41,447 nt of DNA from Candidatus Micrarchaeota archaeon CG_4_10_14_0_2_um_filter_60_11 (GTDB lineage Archaea; Micrarchaeota; Micrarchaeia; Norongarragalinales; Norongarragalinaceae), in NCBI GenBank assembly GCA_002792915.1, contig PFPF01000034.1:1-41447 (forward strand), given 5' to 3'. Made by a program: the position numbers and the translations under genes. The notes beneath the pieces are model-generated. The model was not told the origin of the DNA and did no database searches. It worked only from the letters and a program-made list of their open reading frames with translations. Positions 1-10,274 of the stretch are shown piece after piece; position 1 is the stretch's first letter; every line of letters starts with the position of its first letter.

Positions 1-156
1 GCGGTTAAAACGGCTTTCTGCGTGCAAAAATTAATGAACCCGCGGCGCGTCATCACTGCATGGTTTCGCTGGTGGAAGTCGGCGTGCTCTTGCTTTTCCT
101 CGTATACCACGTGGACGAAGGCGAACGCAAAGGCGAGCCGGTCTACTCGCTGTTCT

Positions 157-2154
157 TCAAGAAATGACCCTGGATTCGCCCGCCTTCTTTTCAATGCGGT
201 AAACCTTGTCCGCGAACGCCTCCAATTCGCGCTCGTGGGAAACGAGTATGACCTGCCCGCCGCGCAGCCCGTCGAACACCGCGCGCATGCGCTCGAGCTG
301 TTCGCGGCTGAACCCGTCGGTCGGCTCGTCCAAAATCAGCAGGTTTTCCGCCATCGCCGCGCATTCGCGCTTAACGAGCGCGTTCAACGCCAATCGGTAA
401 GCGAGCGCTATCGCGGTCTTCTCGCCGCCGCTCAGCGCGCCCACCTCCTGCTCGAAGCCGCCTTGCGTGACTTGCGGGGTGAACGCCTCGTCTAAGCTTG
501 CATCCAAATCCCCGCCTTCCAAGAGAACGGAAACCCACTTCGAGAAGAGCTCGTTGAATTCCGCGTTCAGGTAGCGCAACACGTGCTCTTCAATCGAGTC
601 CAGCGACGGGATGAAGAAGTCGTTGAGCCACGCCTTCTGTTTGGAACGCTTCGCCAACTCCTCCTCGAAAACGCGCGCCGCTTCCTCCTCCGTATGCGCC
701 TCCTTCAATTCGCGAGCGTCGCGTTCCAGCGCGGCCTTCGCAGCGGCAACCGCGGCCATCGCCTTCGCGTGCCCTGCCCTCGCCAGCCCCGCCGCGCTTT
801 CCTTTTCCGCGTAACCCTTCAGGGAATCGTTTTTCTGTTGTAGCAGTTTTTTCTTTTTCGCCAGCTCGCCCTCGCCTTCGGCCGCGAGCTTCTCCGCCTC
901 TTTTTTCTTGCCTTCCACTTCGGCCTTGCGCTTCGCGGCTTCCCCCAATTCCGCCTTCTTCCCCAACGCCTGCGCGTACTCGGATTCCGCCCTTATCGCC
1001 GCGTCCTTACCGCGCGCCAATTCATCGCAGCGGCTACGCTTTTCAACCGCTTCCGCGCGCAACCGCTTTTCGTTCGCCTCGTTCTCGCTTATTTTCGCGC
1101 CGAAGCCCTCGTTGCGCGTTGCCTGCCCGCAAGTCGGGCATTCGCCTTTCTTGACGAGGTCGCGCAGGGAGTCCGTCTTGCTTTCGAGTTTCGCCAATTC
1201 GCCCTCGAGGCAGCGCAGCGCGGCGTCCGCCTTCTTCCATTCGCCCGCGATTTCCGAAGATGCTTTTTCCGGCTTCCTCAATTCGGCTTTTTCCGCCAGC
1301 TTCTTGTCAAGCCGCTTGATTTCAGCCGCGTAATCCTGCGCGAGCGCATGCAGCCGCTTGAGGCTTTGCTCCAGGCGCGGGACTTCGGCGGCGAGCGCGG
1401 CAGCCTCGGACTTTTCCGCCTGCAAGGCCTTCAATTCCCTTTCCGCCGCTTCCAGCGTTTTTTCTTTTTTCTTCGCGTCGCCTTCGAGTTTTTCTGCTTC
1501 GCCTTCGCCTTTTTTCACCGCCCGCGCAAGCAACGCGATTTTTTCGCGCAGCGCGGCGAGCCCGGAAACCTTGCCTTCGAGGAAAGAGAGGCGCTGGCGG
1601 ATGGACTGCAACGCCGTGCGGCAGTTGTCCTTCGCGTTCTTGTAGTCCTCGATGCCGAATGCCTTGCGCAGCGTCTGCAGCCGCTCGTCCGGCTTCTGGT
1701 TCAGTATAAACTTCATTTCCTCCTGCGGCGTGAACACCGCGTACCTGTAGATGACGCTCGTGCTCTTGGGGTCCGCGGGCTCGTTGAACCCGAGGATTTT
1801 CAGCACGGCGGGCTTGATTTCGGACGGCGCGAGCGCCGTGCGCACGCCGTTGCTTTCAAGCCAGCCGTCGCCCTGCGAGACAGTTTTTTTGCCGCGTTCG
1901 AGCGTGCGCTCCACCAAATGCTTTTTGCCGTTGACCTCGAAATCCAGCCGAACCCTGCCGCGCTTGGCGCCGTGCCGCAAGAGGTGGCTCGCCTTCAACT
2001 CGCCCAAACCGAATAACGCGAATTCTATCGCGTAAAGAAGCGTGCTCTTGCCCGAGCCTATGTCGCCCTCGAACAGCACGACTCCGTTAGGAAATTCAAC
2101 CGTTGCCTCGCGGTACGAGCGCACGTTTTCCAGTTCGAGCTTGAGGAGCCTCAT
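157..2154 (-). CDS. rad50: Rad50 double-strand-break repair ATPase (SMC-like), short coiled-coil version (665 aa)
   Basis: Walker A 'FEGDIGSGKSTLLYAIEFALFG'. Long A/E/K-rich coiled coil with a central zinc hook 'GECPTCGQ'. C-terminal signature and Walker B 'LSGGEKTAIALAYRLAL...LLILDEPTDGF'. 4-nt overlap with mre11 upstream. Confidence 0.93.
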   Translation of the reverse strand: MRLLKLELENVRSYREATVEFPNGVVLFEGDIGSGKSTLLYAIEFALFGLGELKASHLLRHGAKRGRVRLDFEVNGKKHLVERTLERGKKTVSQGDGWLESNGVRTALAPSEIKPAVLKILGFNEPADPKSTSVIYRYAVFTPQEEMKFILNQKPDERLQTLRKAFGIEDYKNAKDNCRTALQSIRQRLSFLEGKVSGLAALREKIALLARAVKKGEGEAEKLEGDAKKKEKTLEAAERELKALQAEKSEAAALAAEVPRLEQSLKRLHALAQDYAAEIKRLDKKLAEKAELRKPEKASSEIAGEWKKADAALRCLEGELAKLESKTDSLRDLVKKGECPTCGQATRNEGFGAKISENEANEKRLRAEAVEKRSRCDELARGKDAAIRAESEYAQALGKKAELGEAAKRKAEVEGKKKEAEKLAAEGEGELAKKKKLLQQKNDSLKGYAEKESAAGLARAGHAKAMAAVAAAKAALERDARELKEAHTEEEAARVFEEELAKRSKQKAWLNDFFIPSLDSIEEHVLRYLNAEFNELFSKWVSVLLEGGDLDASLDEAFTPQVTQGGFEQEVGALSGGEKTAIALAYRLALNALVKRECAAMAENLLILDEPTDGFSREQLERMRAVFDGLRGGQVILVSHERELEAFADKVYRIEKKAGESRVIS

Positions 2155-3380
2155 TTGAGCGCCTCCAAAACCTTTTCCGCCTTGGCAGCCACGCGTTCCT
2201 CGAAGCCCTGCTTCGCTTCCCCTTCGGGCCGCGCGGCTTTCAGCTCGTCAAGCAGCGGCCTGCAGGGCTTTTCGTCCCATTTGCCTTCCGCCAATTCGTG
2301 GAAAAGCTTTTCCTCGACTTCGCGCCTGCTGTTGCCCTCGATTTTAACGCCCGAAGCCAGCGGCGCCGACAAGCCCGACCTGTTGACCTTGACGCAGGCC
2401 GCGCCTTCGAACGCGGCGCGCACCGCGTTCCAATCCACTTCCCCCGGGCTGCCGCTTGAAAGCTCACCATGAACCTTAAGCAACACTATTTTTCCCTTCG
2501 CTTCGCACGCCCGCGCCTTTTCCAGCAGTTCTTCCCGCAAATCCGCCGCGCTTTTTCCGGTTGCGCCGCACTCCACGACTTCCACGCCCGCGGTTTCCAC
2601 TGGCTTGAATTCCGTTTTCGCCTTGCCGCCCGCCACGCGAACCAAATAAAAGCCGTGCTTGTTTTCGCGCAAATCCTCCAAGTCCCTGTAATCCGCGGCG
2701 AACAGCGGGCCGGGAAACACGATGCGGCCGTAACCCTTCTCTTCCGCGTCGATGCGCGCGTGCACGTGCCCGCCCGCGTAATAATCGAAGCCCTTCGGGA
2801 ACAGCGAGAGCGGCACGCCGTCCACCCCTTTCAGGAAGTCCGGCTTGTGTTCCTCGACGCCGGAATGAAAGACGAAAATCTTGAACCCATCCTCGGCTTC
2901 CAGCGCCTTGCGGTCCAGGCAGCCGAAGTGCTCGCGTTCCAAACCACGTTTCCGCGCGCTCATTCCCGCGATTTTCGCGCCAGTCTCCGCGTCTTCAATG
3001 AATCGCAGCCGCAGCGCCTCGCCTTCGTATTCGCCCAGCGACACCTTGGTTATCAAGCCCGTGCTTTCGAGCAGGTCGATTACGTTCTTCTCGCCCGGCG
3101 AGTAGTCGTGCGAGCCGTAGACAACGTAAAAGCGCTTGCCTTGTTCCCGCAAAATTCGCATCTTGCGCACCGCGCGGTCGGCAACGGACAAGTCGGGAAG
3201 CGGAGAGTCGAACAAGTCTCCCGCGATTATTATGAAGTCGGCCGTTCCGCAGGCGTCAAGCGCGCGCTCGAAGGCGAGGCAATTGAGCTCCCGCAACTCG
3301 GGCTCGCGGAACGCGCCCAGGTGCACGTCGGACAAGTGCGCGAAAACGAAGTCCCCCATCTTGCAGTTTTTAGGGCGCAC
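2151..3380 (-). CDS. mre11: Mre11 nuclease (calcineurin-like phosphoesterase)
   Basis: Phosphoesterase motifs 'FAHLSDVHLG', 'IIIAGDLFD', 'VVYGSHD', 'GGHVH'. Sits between herA and rad50. The real start is possibly the internal Met at 3359 ('MGDFVFAHLSD'). Confidence 0.9.
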   Translation of the reverse strand: MRPKNCKMGDFVFAHLSDVHLGAFREPELRELNCLAFERALDACGTADFIIIAGDLFDSPLPDLSVADRAVRKMRILREQGKRFYVVYGSHDYSPGEKNVIDLLESTGLITKVSLGEYEGEALRLRFIEDAETGAKIAGMSARKRGLEREHFGCLDRKALEAEDGFKIFVFHSGVEEHKPDFLKGVDGVPLSLFPKGFDYYAGGHVHARIDAEEKGYGRIVFPGPLFAADYRDLEDLRENKHGFYLVRVAGGKAKTEFKPVETAGVEVVECGATGKSAADLREELLEKARACEAKGKIVLLKVHGELSSGSPGEVDWNAVRAAFEGAACVKVNRSGLSAPLASGVKIEGNSRREVEEKLFHELAEGKWDEKPCRPLLDELKAARPEGEAKQGFEERVAAKAEKVLEALK

Positions 3381-3420
3381 TCCAATTTAAACGAAGGCAG
3401 GCGTGGCTTCCGGTGGCTGT

Positions 3421-4881
3421 TCAAACGAACGCTTTTCTGGCCGGCGCGCTAGCCGCGGCAGCCGATGCGTGCTCCTCGAAAAGGGGAATGCTTATGGGCA
3501 CGGCGAATCGCGAGAAGACGCTGGACACTATGGCTTCGCCCTTGTCCAGCGCGGCAATCGCCTTGTCATCCGTGGACAGGTCCTGCGACGCGCTGGCAAT
3601 CAGCGCCTCCCTTTCCTGCTTCATCTCGTTGCCCAAGATGATTTTCGTGTTAAGGTTCGCCAAGACCTCGCGCGGAATCAGGCTCGCGAGCTGGGTTATC
3701 GCAATCAATCCCACGCCGAACTTGCGGCCCTCGCGAGCGATTGACGAGAAGACGTTGGCCCCGGCCGCCTCGCTCAAGACGCGCGGCGCCTCTTCCAGGA
3801 CGATGGAAACTACGGGCTTGTCGGTTTGCGCCGCCTTGCGCCTGTTGAACAGCGCGTTGGTGAAAACGCTTGCAACCAGCAGCTCTGCCTCGCTTCCGAG
3901 GCGCGAAGTGTCGATTACCACCTTCTTCGAGTCCAGCAGGTGGCCGGTTACGTCGTCCACGATCGTCTCGCTGCCGTTTTTCACGAAGACGCGCCCGTCG
4001 AGTATCAGGCCGAGCTTGCGCTGCAGCACGTTCAGCGTGACGTCCTGCACCTTGTCGCCTAGGCTGTCCCCCGCGAGCAGGCGGGTTATCCAATCCTTTT
4101 CCCAAGTCTTGTAAGCCAAGTGCAGGGTCTGCTGCTGGGCTTCGCTGAACGGCATCACGCCGTTGAAGTGCCACGGCTTGAGCGCGGCATAGTTTACGCG
4201 CAGCGACACTTGCCCGCCCTCCGGGTTGGGCGAATAAGATTTCAGCCATTCGCCGGCTTTCGCGTGCTTTTTGAGCGACTTGTGGTACTCGTTGTGCGGG
4301 TCCATCACCAGCACGCCGCAGTAATCCTTGTCCAGCAACTCGTAAAGCATTACCTTCACCAGGTTGCTCTTGCCGCGCCCCGTCGTAGCGGGCACGAGAA
4401 CGTGGTGACTCAACACCTTTTCGCCGTCCAGCTCGATGCGCTTGTCAATTGCCTTGCTGCCGCTGCGCAGCCTGCCCAGGAACAGCGGCTTCTCCGGCTT
4501 ATCGAGGAACGACAGGTCCGCGTCGCGGATGCGCCGCAACCCGTTGAAGAATTTGGGAAGGGTTTTCGTGGAAACGGCCTTGCCGCCGCGCACGGTTACA
4601 AGCCCCTTGACTTTGGCGAGCACGTAGTGCCTTAACTCTTCCTCGAAGAAGCTGGTTTTTTCCCCCTTGCCCTCGAGGCGCAGGCCGCTCATGAGCTCGA
4701 TTGTTTCCGGCTGGATTTGGCTGCCGTACTCCAAGTCGTAAACCTGAAGCAGCTGTATGCCGTTCGGCTCGTCGCACGCAAGCAACTCGCCGATTTCCAA
4801 TTCTTCCCCGCTTTTTTGGCGCGCGAGAATCTCGCCAAACGCGCCCGAAACGATTTGCCCCACGAACTCCATCGAAAACAC
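3421..4881 (-). CDS. herA: HerA bipolar DNA helicase (FtsK/HerA-type ATPase)
   Basis: Walker A '[18 protein letters not shown]' and Walker B-like '[12 protein letters not shown]'. N-terminal barrel-like region. Located in the nurA-herA-mre11-rad50 context. Confidence 0.88.
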   Translation of the reverse strand: MFSMEFVGQIVSGAFGEILARQKSGEELEIGELLACDEPNGIQLLQVYDLEYGSQIQPETIELMSGLRLEGKGEKTSFFEEELRHYVLAKVKGLVTVRGGKAVSTKTLPKFFNGLRRIRDADLSFLDKPEKPLFLGRLRSGSKAIDKRIELDGEKVLSHHVLVPATTGRGKSNLVKVMLYELLDKDYCGVLVMDPHNEYHKSLKKHAKAGEWLKSYSPNPEGGQVSLRVNYAALKPWHFNGVMPFSEAQQQTLHLAYKTWEKDWITRLLAGDSLGDKVQDVTLNVLQRKLGLILDGRVFVKNGSETIVDDVTGHLLDSKKVVIDTSRLGSEAELLVASVFTNALFNRRKAAQTDKPVVSIVLEEAPRVLSEAAGANVFSSIAREGRKFGVGLIAITQLASLIPREVLANLNTKIILGNEMKQEREALIASASQDLSTDDKAIAALDKGEAIVSSVFSRFAVPISIPLFEEHASAAAASAPARKAFV

Positions 4882-4890
4882 CCCTGATTT

Positions 4891-5886
4891 TCAAACCCTG
4901 TCCAGGAAATCGTGCGCGTCCACCGCGCAGGAGTCCAGCTCGATTTCCCGCCACGCCCCCTCCCCGATTTCCTGCCGCATCACTCCCTGCATCTGCCTGG
5001 CTTCCTCGAAGGGAACGCGCGCGCGTTTGTCCGCGTCCACCAAGCCGTAAGGATAGCCTAGAAAAGCCAAGTCCGACGCCTGGAACGCGAGCGCGGGCAG
5101 CACGCTCAGCGCATCGCAGCCTCGCTTCACCTCGAAACGGAAGCAGTGCGTGGCGTTTTCGTGCAGCTTGGCAACGAACAAGTCCGCCTCGTGGTCCGGC
5201 TGGCTGTTGACGCACAACGGGCCGTAAACCCACGGCGCGGCGCGCTTACCCGCGAGGCGTGCGACCGCCGAAACCAGCGGCAGGCCCGTAGTCGTGTAAA
5301 GAGAACTCGTTTTCGCCAGCGCGGAGAAAACGCCCTTGCTTTCCGCGTACGCCTTCCGGCTGAAAATGGATTCGTTGGTGACGCTGGTCTGGAGCGTGCC
5401 GTCGCGCACCGGGTTGAAGCACCTGCATGCCATCTTCCATTCCGCGAAGCGGCGCGCAACCGCGCCCAGCGCGGACGGCGACGCCTTGAACCCGCCTTGC
5501 GCCAGAGTCGCGTCCGCCCAGTCGAAAGCCAAGTCCTCTTGCAAAAGCTTGGGTCCGTTGAGCGGCATTGTTTCCGCCTTTAACAGCATCTGGCCGCCCG
5601 ACGCGGGCTCGACGCGCGTTATTACCAGAAACTCGGATTCTTCGCTCGTCTTGCGCTCGCCGCCGTCGAACTCGTTGCGGTAAACGCGCACGAGCTGGAC
5701 CGAAAGGTTGGGCGTGTTGATTACGCTCGCGTTGCCGCCGTCCACGCATGTCAGCCTGCCCGCTTCCGCTTCGAAGGATTGGAAGCGCGCCTCGTCGAAC
5801 GCGAGCGGCGAGTAGCGCGGGTCGCTGAAGTGCGGCGCGCCCAGCGCGGTTTTTTTCGGCGAGAGTTTAGCGAAGTCGAAAGCCAT
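4891..5886 (-). CDS. nurA: NurA 5'-3' nuclease
   Basis: 'CVDGGNASV' (DGS-type catalytic Asp region) and C-terminal 'FLGYPYGLVDADKRARV' typical of NurA. Immediately upstream of herA. Confidence 0.8.
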   Translation of the reverse strand: MAFDFAKLSPKKTALGAPHFSDPRYSPLAFDEARFQSFEAEAGRLTCVDGGNASVINTPNLSVQLVRVYRNEFDGGERKTSEESEFLVITRVEPASGGQMLLKAETMPLNGPKLLQEDLAFDWADATLAQGGFKASPSALGAVARRFAEWKMACRCFNPVRDGTLQTSVTNESIFSRKAYAESKGVFSALAKTSSLYTTTGLPLVSAVARLAGKRAAPWVYGPLCVNSQPDHEADLFVAKLHENATHCFRFEVKRGCDALSVLPALAFQASDLAFLGYPYGLVDADKRARVPFEEARQMQGVMRQEIGEGAWREIELDSCAVDAHDFLDRV

Positions 5887-5911
5887 GCTTGCTTAACTTT
5901 TCGCTCCCAGC

Positions 5912-5918
5912 TTTAATA
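5912..5918 (-). promoter_or_regulatory. TATA-box-like element upstream of nurA
   Basis: The minus strand reads 'TATTAAA' about 26-32 nt upstream of the nurA ATG at 5886 (archaeal leaderless-type spacing). Confidence 0.4.
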
Positions 5919-5947
5919 CGGTTGCGAGGGCCGGCTTCCTTGCTTGG

Positions 5948-6922
5948 CTACTGATTGAAAAGCAGGAAGCCTACCGCCGCCATGACCATGACGAGCGCCG
6001 CAATCGCGGCGACTCCGGCGACCGCAATCCACCATTTTTTCTCCTTGACCGCAAAATAGCCCGCGGCGAACCCGGCCGCCGGGAGCATGGAGTAAACCGC
6101 CGTAACTATTATTGCCGGCAGGACCATTTCAAGCGAAGGCGCCAGCAACAGCAGCCACATGCCCGGCAGCAACGCCGCGCACAACAGGATTAGGGCCCCG
6201 ATGGCGCCGGCCCGGCGGGCGTGCTTCTTTTTCTTTCCCGTGAAGTGAGCCGTAAGCGCCCCGACGACGAGCATGGGCAGCACCACGAGGGCCAAAAGCA
6301 GAATCGTCAGCACGAGGGCGCCTGGCATCGCGTCCGCAATGCTTGCCAGAGGCCGGTAATTCGGGTCGTATTCCGGCGAGAACGGCTTTTCCGTGAAGAA
6401 GGAGTCCCGCGACAGCGCCGAAGCCGGGCCGTCGTATTCGAGCATTGTAACATACTCTGCCCTGCCAAGCCCGTATTCCCATGCCAGCGTGTTGTTTTTC
6501 ACGGCGTGCTTGAATTGCAGCAGCCCTGACGCGTCGTCGAAGCACTGCGCCCCGAAAACGTAAACGTCGGCAAGCGTGTTCCCCTCGTTGATGCCCGAAA
6601 TTGCCATGGGGTAGAAGGGCCTTTCGGGAGTGAAGACGAATTCGAGCGGCGTGGCGATTCCTTCGCGCAGCTCGACGAGCGCGCGCACCGCGTCAAAGCT
6701 GGCGTTGGCGCATTCGCCTGCCGCGCTGAACTGCCCTTGGATTTGCATTTCTACGCGCGCAGCCGTTTCCGACGCGTTGCGTCCGTAGGAATCCGCGTAA
6801 ACCCAGATTTCGCCGGCGCACGCCCTCTCGGTTTCGCCGACGGTTGCGTTCGGGTACTCGTTGAGCAGGTCGATTTTGTTCGCGACGAAGTAATAGCTAC
6901 CGCGCTGCACGTAATAGTCCAA
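5948..6922 (-). CDS. Membrane protein: soluble/extracytoplasmic-type N-domain plus about 5 C-terminal TM helices. Probably 5'-truncated (DUF2330-like by memory, unverified).
   Basis: No signal peptide or N-terminal TM. Only a TTG start at 6922. The frame stays open, without any start codon, for 24 further codons upstream ('[24 protein letters not shown]') up to a stop at 6995-6997. The C-terminus has hydrophobic helices ('[22 protein letters not shown]', '[22 protein letters not shown]', and others). Confidence 0.5.
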   Translation of the reverse strand: MDYYVQRGSYYFVANKIDLLNEYPNATVGETERACAGEIWVYADSYGRNASETAARVEMQIQGQFSAAGECANASFDAVRALVELREGIATPLEFVFTPERPFYPMAISGINEGNTLADVYVFGAQCFDDASGLLQFKHAVKNNTLAWEYGLGRAEYVTMLEYDGPASALSRDSFFTEKPFSPEYDPNYRPLASIADAMPGALVLTILLLALVVLPMLVVGALTAHFTGKKKKHARRAGAIGALILLCAALLPGMWLLLLAPSLEMVLPAIIVTAVYSMLPAAGFAAGYFAVKEKKWWIAVAGVAAIAALVMVMAAVGFLLFNQ

Positions 6923-6939
6923 GGCGCCTTTCCTATCGC

Positions 6940-8544
6940 TTGGGAATGCGAACCCGTTTTCATTCAGCCAGTCGAGAAGCGCGCTCGCGTTCGCTTACGG
7001 GCGAAGCGGTGCGCAAGCTCATGGATTTGCAGCCGAAAAATGCGCTCGTGCTGCGCAACGGGCGCTCGATTCAAGTGCCGGTCGAATTGCTGAAGGTCGG
7101 CGACGTTTTCCTCGTGAAGCCCGGCGAGCGCGTTGCCACGGACGGCATAGTGGTTTTCGGGAACTCCGCGGTTGACGAATCCATGGTCACGGGCGAGTCC
7201 ATGCCCGCCGAGAAGAGGAAGGGCGATGCGGTGGTCGGCGGCACGGTTAACGGCAGCGGCGCGTTGCGAGTGCGCGCCACTCGCGTCGGCTCGGAAACGA
7301 TGCTCGCGCAGATAGTCAAGCTGGTGGAGGACGCGCAGGCTGCCAAGGCGCCCGTGCAGCTTCTGGCGGACAAGGTTGCTGCCGTTTTCGTGCCCGCGGT
7401 CATAGTGATTGCCTTTGCCGCGTCGGCGTACTGGCTGCTTCTCGCGCACGCCTCGTTCGATTTCGCGCTGACTGTTTTCGTTTCCGTGCTCATAGTCGCG
7501 TGCCCGTGCGCGCTTGGCTTGGCGATGCCCGTCGCGGTGCTCGTGGGAACTGGGAAGGGCGCGGAGCACGGCATATTAATCAAGGGCGGAGACGCGCTTG
7601 AAGCGGCCGGGAAAATCGACACGGTCGTATTTGACAAGACGGGAACGCTCACGAAGGGAAAGCCGGAGGTCACGGACGTAGTTGCGTTCGCGAAGGTTGA
7701 CGCGCTGCGCTTGGCCGCAATCGCCGAGAAGAATTCCGAGCACCCGCTCGCGCAGGCGATTCTCGCCAAGGTGGGGGGCCGCGTGCCAGACCCGGCGGCG
7801 TTCAAGAGCGTAGCGGGCAAGGGTGTGAGGGCGCGTTACGCGGGAAAGGAAATAATCGTAGGCAGCAGGAAGCTCGTGAAATGCGGCGCCAAGGAGGACG
7901 CGGTTGCCAAGCGGCTGGAGGCGCAGGGCAAAACCACGGTTTTCATCGGTTCGGGAGGCAAGTGCGTGGGCGTGATAGCGATTGCGGACACAATCAAGCC
8001 GCATGCCGCCGACGCGGTTGCCGCGCTCAAGCGCAAGGGCTTCAAGGTGGCGATGATTACGGGCGACAACGAGCGCACCGCGCGGGCGATTGCCGCCGAA
8101 GCCGGCATAGACCAAGTGATGGCCGAGGTGCTTCCCGCGGAAAAGGAGCGCGAAGTCGCGCGCATGCAGAAAGGCGGGCGCCGCGTCGCGTTCGTGGGCG
8201 ACGGCGTTAACGACGCGCCGGCTCTCGCGCGCGCGGAGCTGGGCATCGCGCTGGGCAGCGGAACCGACGTCGCGATGGAGACCGGAGGCATAGTGCTAGT
8301 GCGCAACGACTTGCGCGACGTGGCCAACGCAATCGACTTGAGCCGCTACACGCTGCGCAAAATCAGGGAGAACCTGTTCTGGGCGTTCGCCTACAACATA
8401 GCCGCGATTCCGGTCGCCGCGGGCGCGCTTTATTCGTATGGAATCCTGCTTGACCCGATGCTGGCGGGCGCGACCATGGCTTTTTCCAGCGTTTCCGTGG
8501 TCGGCAACGCGCTGCTCATGCGCGGCTGGAAGCCGGAATTTTAG
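6940..8544 (+). pseudogene. copA: 5'-truncated heavy-metal (P1B-type, CopA-like) P-type ATPase lacking the metal-binding domain and the first four TM helices
   Basis: Homology begins at the post-M2 linker '[22 protein letters not shown]'. It continues through the actuator domain '[12 protein letters not shown]', the CPC helix '[13 protein letters not shown]', 'DKTGTLT', 'GDNERTA', '[14 protein letters not shown]' and the last two TMs. Roughly 200 N-terminal residues expected in CopA are absent, and the longest ORF starts at a TTG only. Confidence 0.7.
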
Positions 8545-8547
8545 TTG

Positions 8548-9831
8548 CTACGGGTAAGCCCTGTTGATTACGCGCGGGAAAGGCACCGCGTCGCGGATGT
8601 GCTCCAAGTTCAGCAGCCACTTGACCAGCCGTTCGACTCCCAGGCCGAACCCGCTGTGCGGAACGCTGCCGTAGCGCCGCAAGTCCAAATACCACTCGTA
8701 ATCCTTCAAGTCCAGGCCCGCGGCGCGCATCCTCGCGACGAGCTTGTCGTACTCCCAGACGCGCTGCGAGCCGCCGATTATCTCGCCGTGCCCCTCCGGC
8801 GCCAGCAAGTCCGCGTTCAGCGCGTACTTGCCGTCAAGCGTGGTTTCCATGTAGAACGGCTTTATTTTCGCCGGGAAGTTCGTGATGAAAACCGGCTTTT
8901 CAAGTCCGCTTGTAAGCAGTTCCTCCTGCGGCACTCCGAAGTCCTCGCCCCACTCGATTCCGCATTTTTCCACGGCTTCGTCGTACTTCATGCGGTAGAA
9001 CGGCGGCTCTATCGCCATCAAGTCTTCCGGCTTGCGGCCAAAGTTCTTGAGGAGCTTGGAGTTGTTTTCCACCAGGCCGCGCGCGACCGAGGAAACCAGC
9101 TCTTCCTGCAGGCGCATGTTGTCCTCGTTGTCGAAGTGCGCCGCCTCTTCTTCCAAGTGCCAGTACTCGGTCAGGTGCTTGTTCGTCCTGCTCTTTTCCG
9201 CGCGGAAAGACGGCGCGAGTATGAAGACCTTCTCCAGCGAGGTGATGAACGCCTCGTTGTACAGCTGGCCGCTCTGCGTCAGGTAAGCCTTTTCGCCGAA
9301 GTAGTCCAACTCGAACAGCGTGCTGCCTCCCTCGCACCCGCTCTTGGTGATTATGGGCGGCGAGAGCTCCCAGAAGCCCTGCTCGTCGAAGAAGTCGCGC
9401 AAATACTTGACGATGTAGTGCCGCGCCTTCATCACGCTCGTGAGCTTTTGCGAGCGCAGCCACAAGTGCCGCTTGTCCAGGAGAAATTCAACGCTTTGGT
9501 CTTCCGTAATCGGGAACGCCTCGCCCTGGTGCGTGAGCTTGAAGCGCGTGGCCTGCAGCTCCCACCCGCCGGGCGCGCGCTCGTCGCGCTTGACCGTGCC
9601 GTAAACCTCGACCGCGGACTCGATGAACGCCTTTCCAGCAGCCTCGAAGTCCGTTTCGGGAACAACGCCCTTCTTGACCGCGCACTGCATCACGCCGCTC
9701 GCGTCGCGCACCACCACGAAAGCCAGGCCGCCGCTCGAGCGGCTGCGGTGAACCCAGCCGCGCAGCGAGACCTCGTCGCCTTCCTTGGCCTTGCCTTCGA
9801 GGACGAATTCAATCGGGGTGAACATCAGCAA
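8548..9831 (-). CDS. asnS: Asparaginyl-tRNA synthetase (class IIb)
   Basis: 'KRDERAPGGWELQ', 'GCEGGSTLFELDYFGEKAYLTQSGQLY', 'PSFRAEKSRTNKHLTEYWHLE' and 'DYEWYLDLRRYGSVPHSGFGLGVERL' are near-identical to archaeal AsnRS signatures recalled from Pyrococcus. AspRS is the less likely alternative. Confidence 0.85.
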   Translation of the reverse strand: MLMFTPIEFVLEGKAKEGDEVSLRGWVHRSRSSGGLAFVVVRDASGVMQCAVKKGVVPETDFEAAGKAFIESAVEVYGTVKRDERAPGGWELQATRFKLTHQGEAFPITEDQSVEFLLDKRHLWLRSQKLTSVMKARHYIVKYLRDFFDEQGFWELSPPIITKSGCEGGSTLFELDYFGEKAYLTQSGQLYNEAFITSLEKVFILAPSFRAEKSRTNKHLTEYWHLEEEAAHFDNEDNMRLQEELVSSVARGLVENNSKLLKNFGRKPEDLMAIEPPFYRMKYDEAVEKCGIEWGEDFGVPQEELLTSGLEKPVFITNFPAKIKPFYMETTLDGKYALNADLLAPEGHGEIIGGSQRVWEYDKLVARMRAAGLDLKDYEWYLDLRRYGSVPHSGFGLGVERLVKWLLNLEHIRDAVPFPRVINRAYP

Positions 9832-9920
9832 GACATAGGGCGGGGGGTTTTTTATCCTATTTTAAGCGCGTGGCCGCGGTTTGCGAAAGCCAGATATTCC
9901 GGCTTTCCCTCCGCCTTTCG

Positions 9921-10271
9921 ATGTTCAAGCAAGCCATCGTTCTCCGCAGCGATTTGGAAATGGGAAAGGGAAAACTAGTCGCGCAGGGGAGCCACGCGTC
10001 ACTGGAAGCCTTCATCGAGGCGCAGAAGTCCAGCGCGCTGACCGTTGCCGCGTGGCGCAGCACTGGCTGCAAGAAGATTACGCTCAAAGTGTCAAGCGAA
10101 GCCGAGTTGAAGGAACTGTATTCCAAGGCGAAGCGCCTCAAGCTGCCCTGCTCGCTGGTGCGGGACGCGGGGCACACGCAAGTCGAGCCGGGCACGATAA
10201 CCGCGCTCGCAATCGGCCCGGCAGCCGACGGCACGATAGACAAGGTCACCGGCGGCTTGAAACTGCTATAG
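9921..10271 (+). CDS. pth2: Peptidyl-tRNA hydrolase, archaeal type (Pth2)
   Basis: 'MFKQAIVLRSDLEMGKGKLVAQGSHASL...VRDAGHTQVEPGTITALAIGP'. Start set at the ATG at 9921 rather than the track's 9870. Confidence 0.88.
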   Translation: MFKQAIVLRSDLEMGKGKLVAQGSHASLEAFIEAQKSSALTVAAWRSTGCKKITLKVSSEAELKELYSKAKRLKLPCSLVRDAGHTQVEPGTITALAIGPAADGTIDKVTGGLKLL

Positions 10272-10274
10272 ATT

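Noticed and set aside
1-53. Possible 5' end of a minus-strand gene at the window edge ('MTRRGFINFCTQKAVLT', Tat-signal-like RR-x-F)
   Set aside because: Only 17 codons are visible. The twin-arginine resemblance cannot be evaluated without the rest of the gene.
1348-2016. 222-aa + strand ORF and several others inside rad50 and mre11. The 244-aa and 167-aa minus-strand ORFs inside herA/nurA (4499-5749) are in the same category.
   Set aside because: They are alternative or antisense frames of strongly supported genes, with Arg/Gly/Ala-rich low-complexity sequence.
8545-9978. 477-aa ORF on the + strand covering the whole asnS locus
   Set aside because: It is antisense to a gene with unmistakable AsnRS motifs. 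Its composition is dominated by R/L/V/A/Q, typical of stop-free antisense frames in high-GC DNA. It has no recognisable domain.
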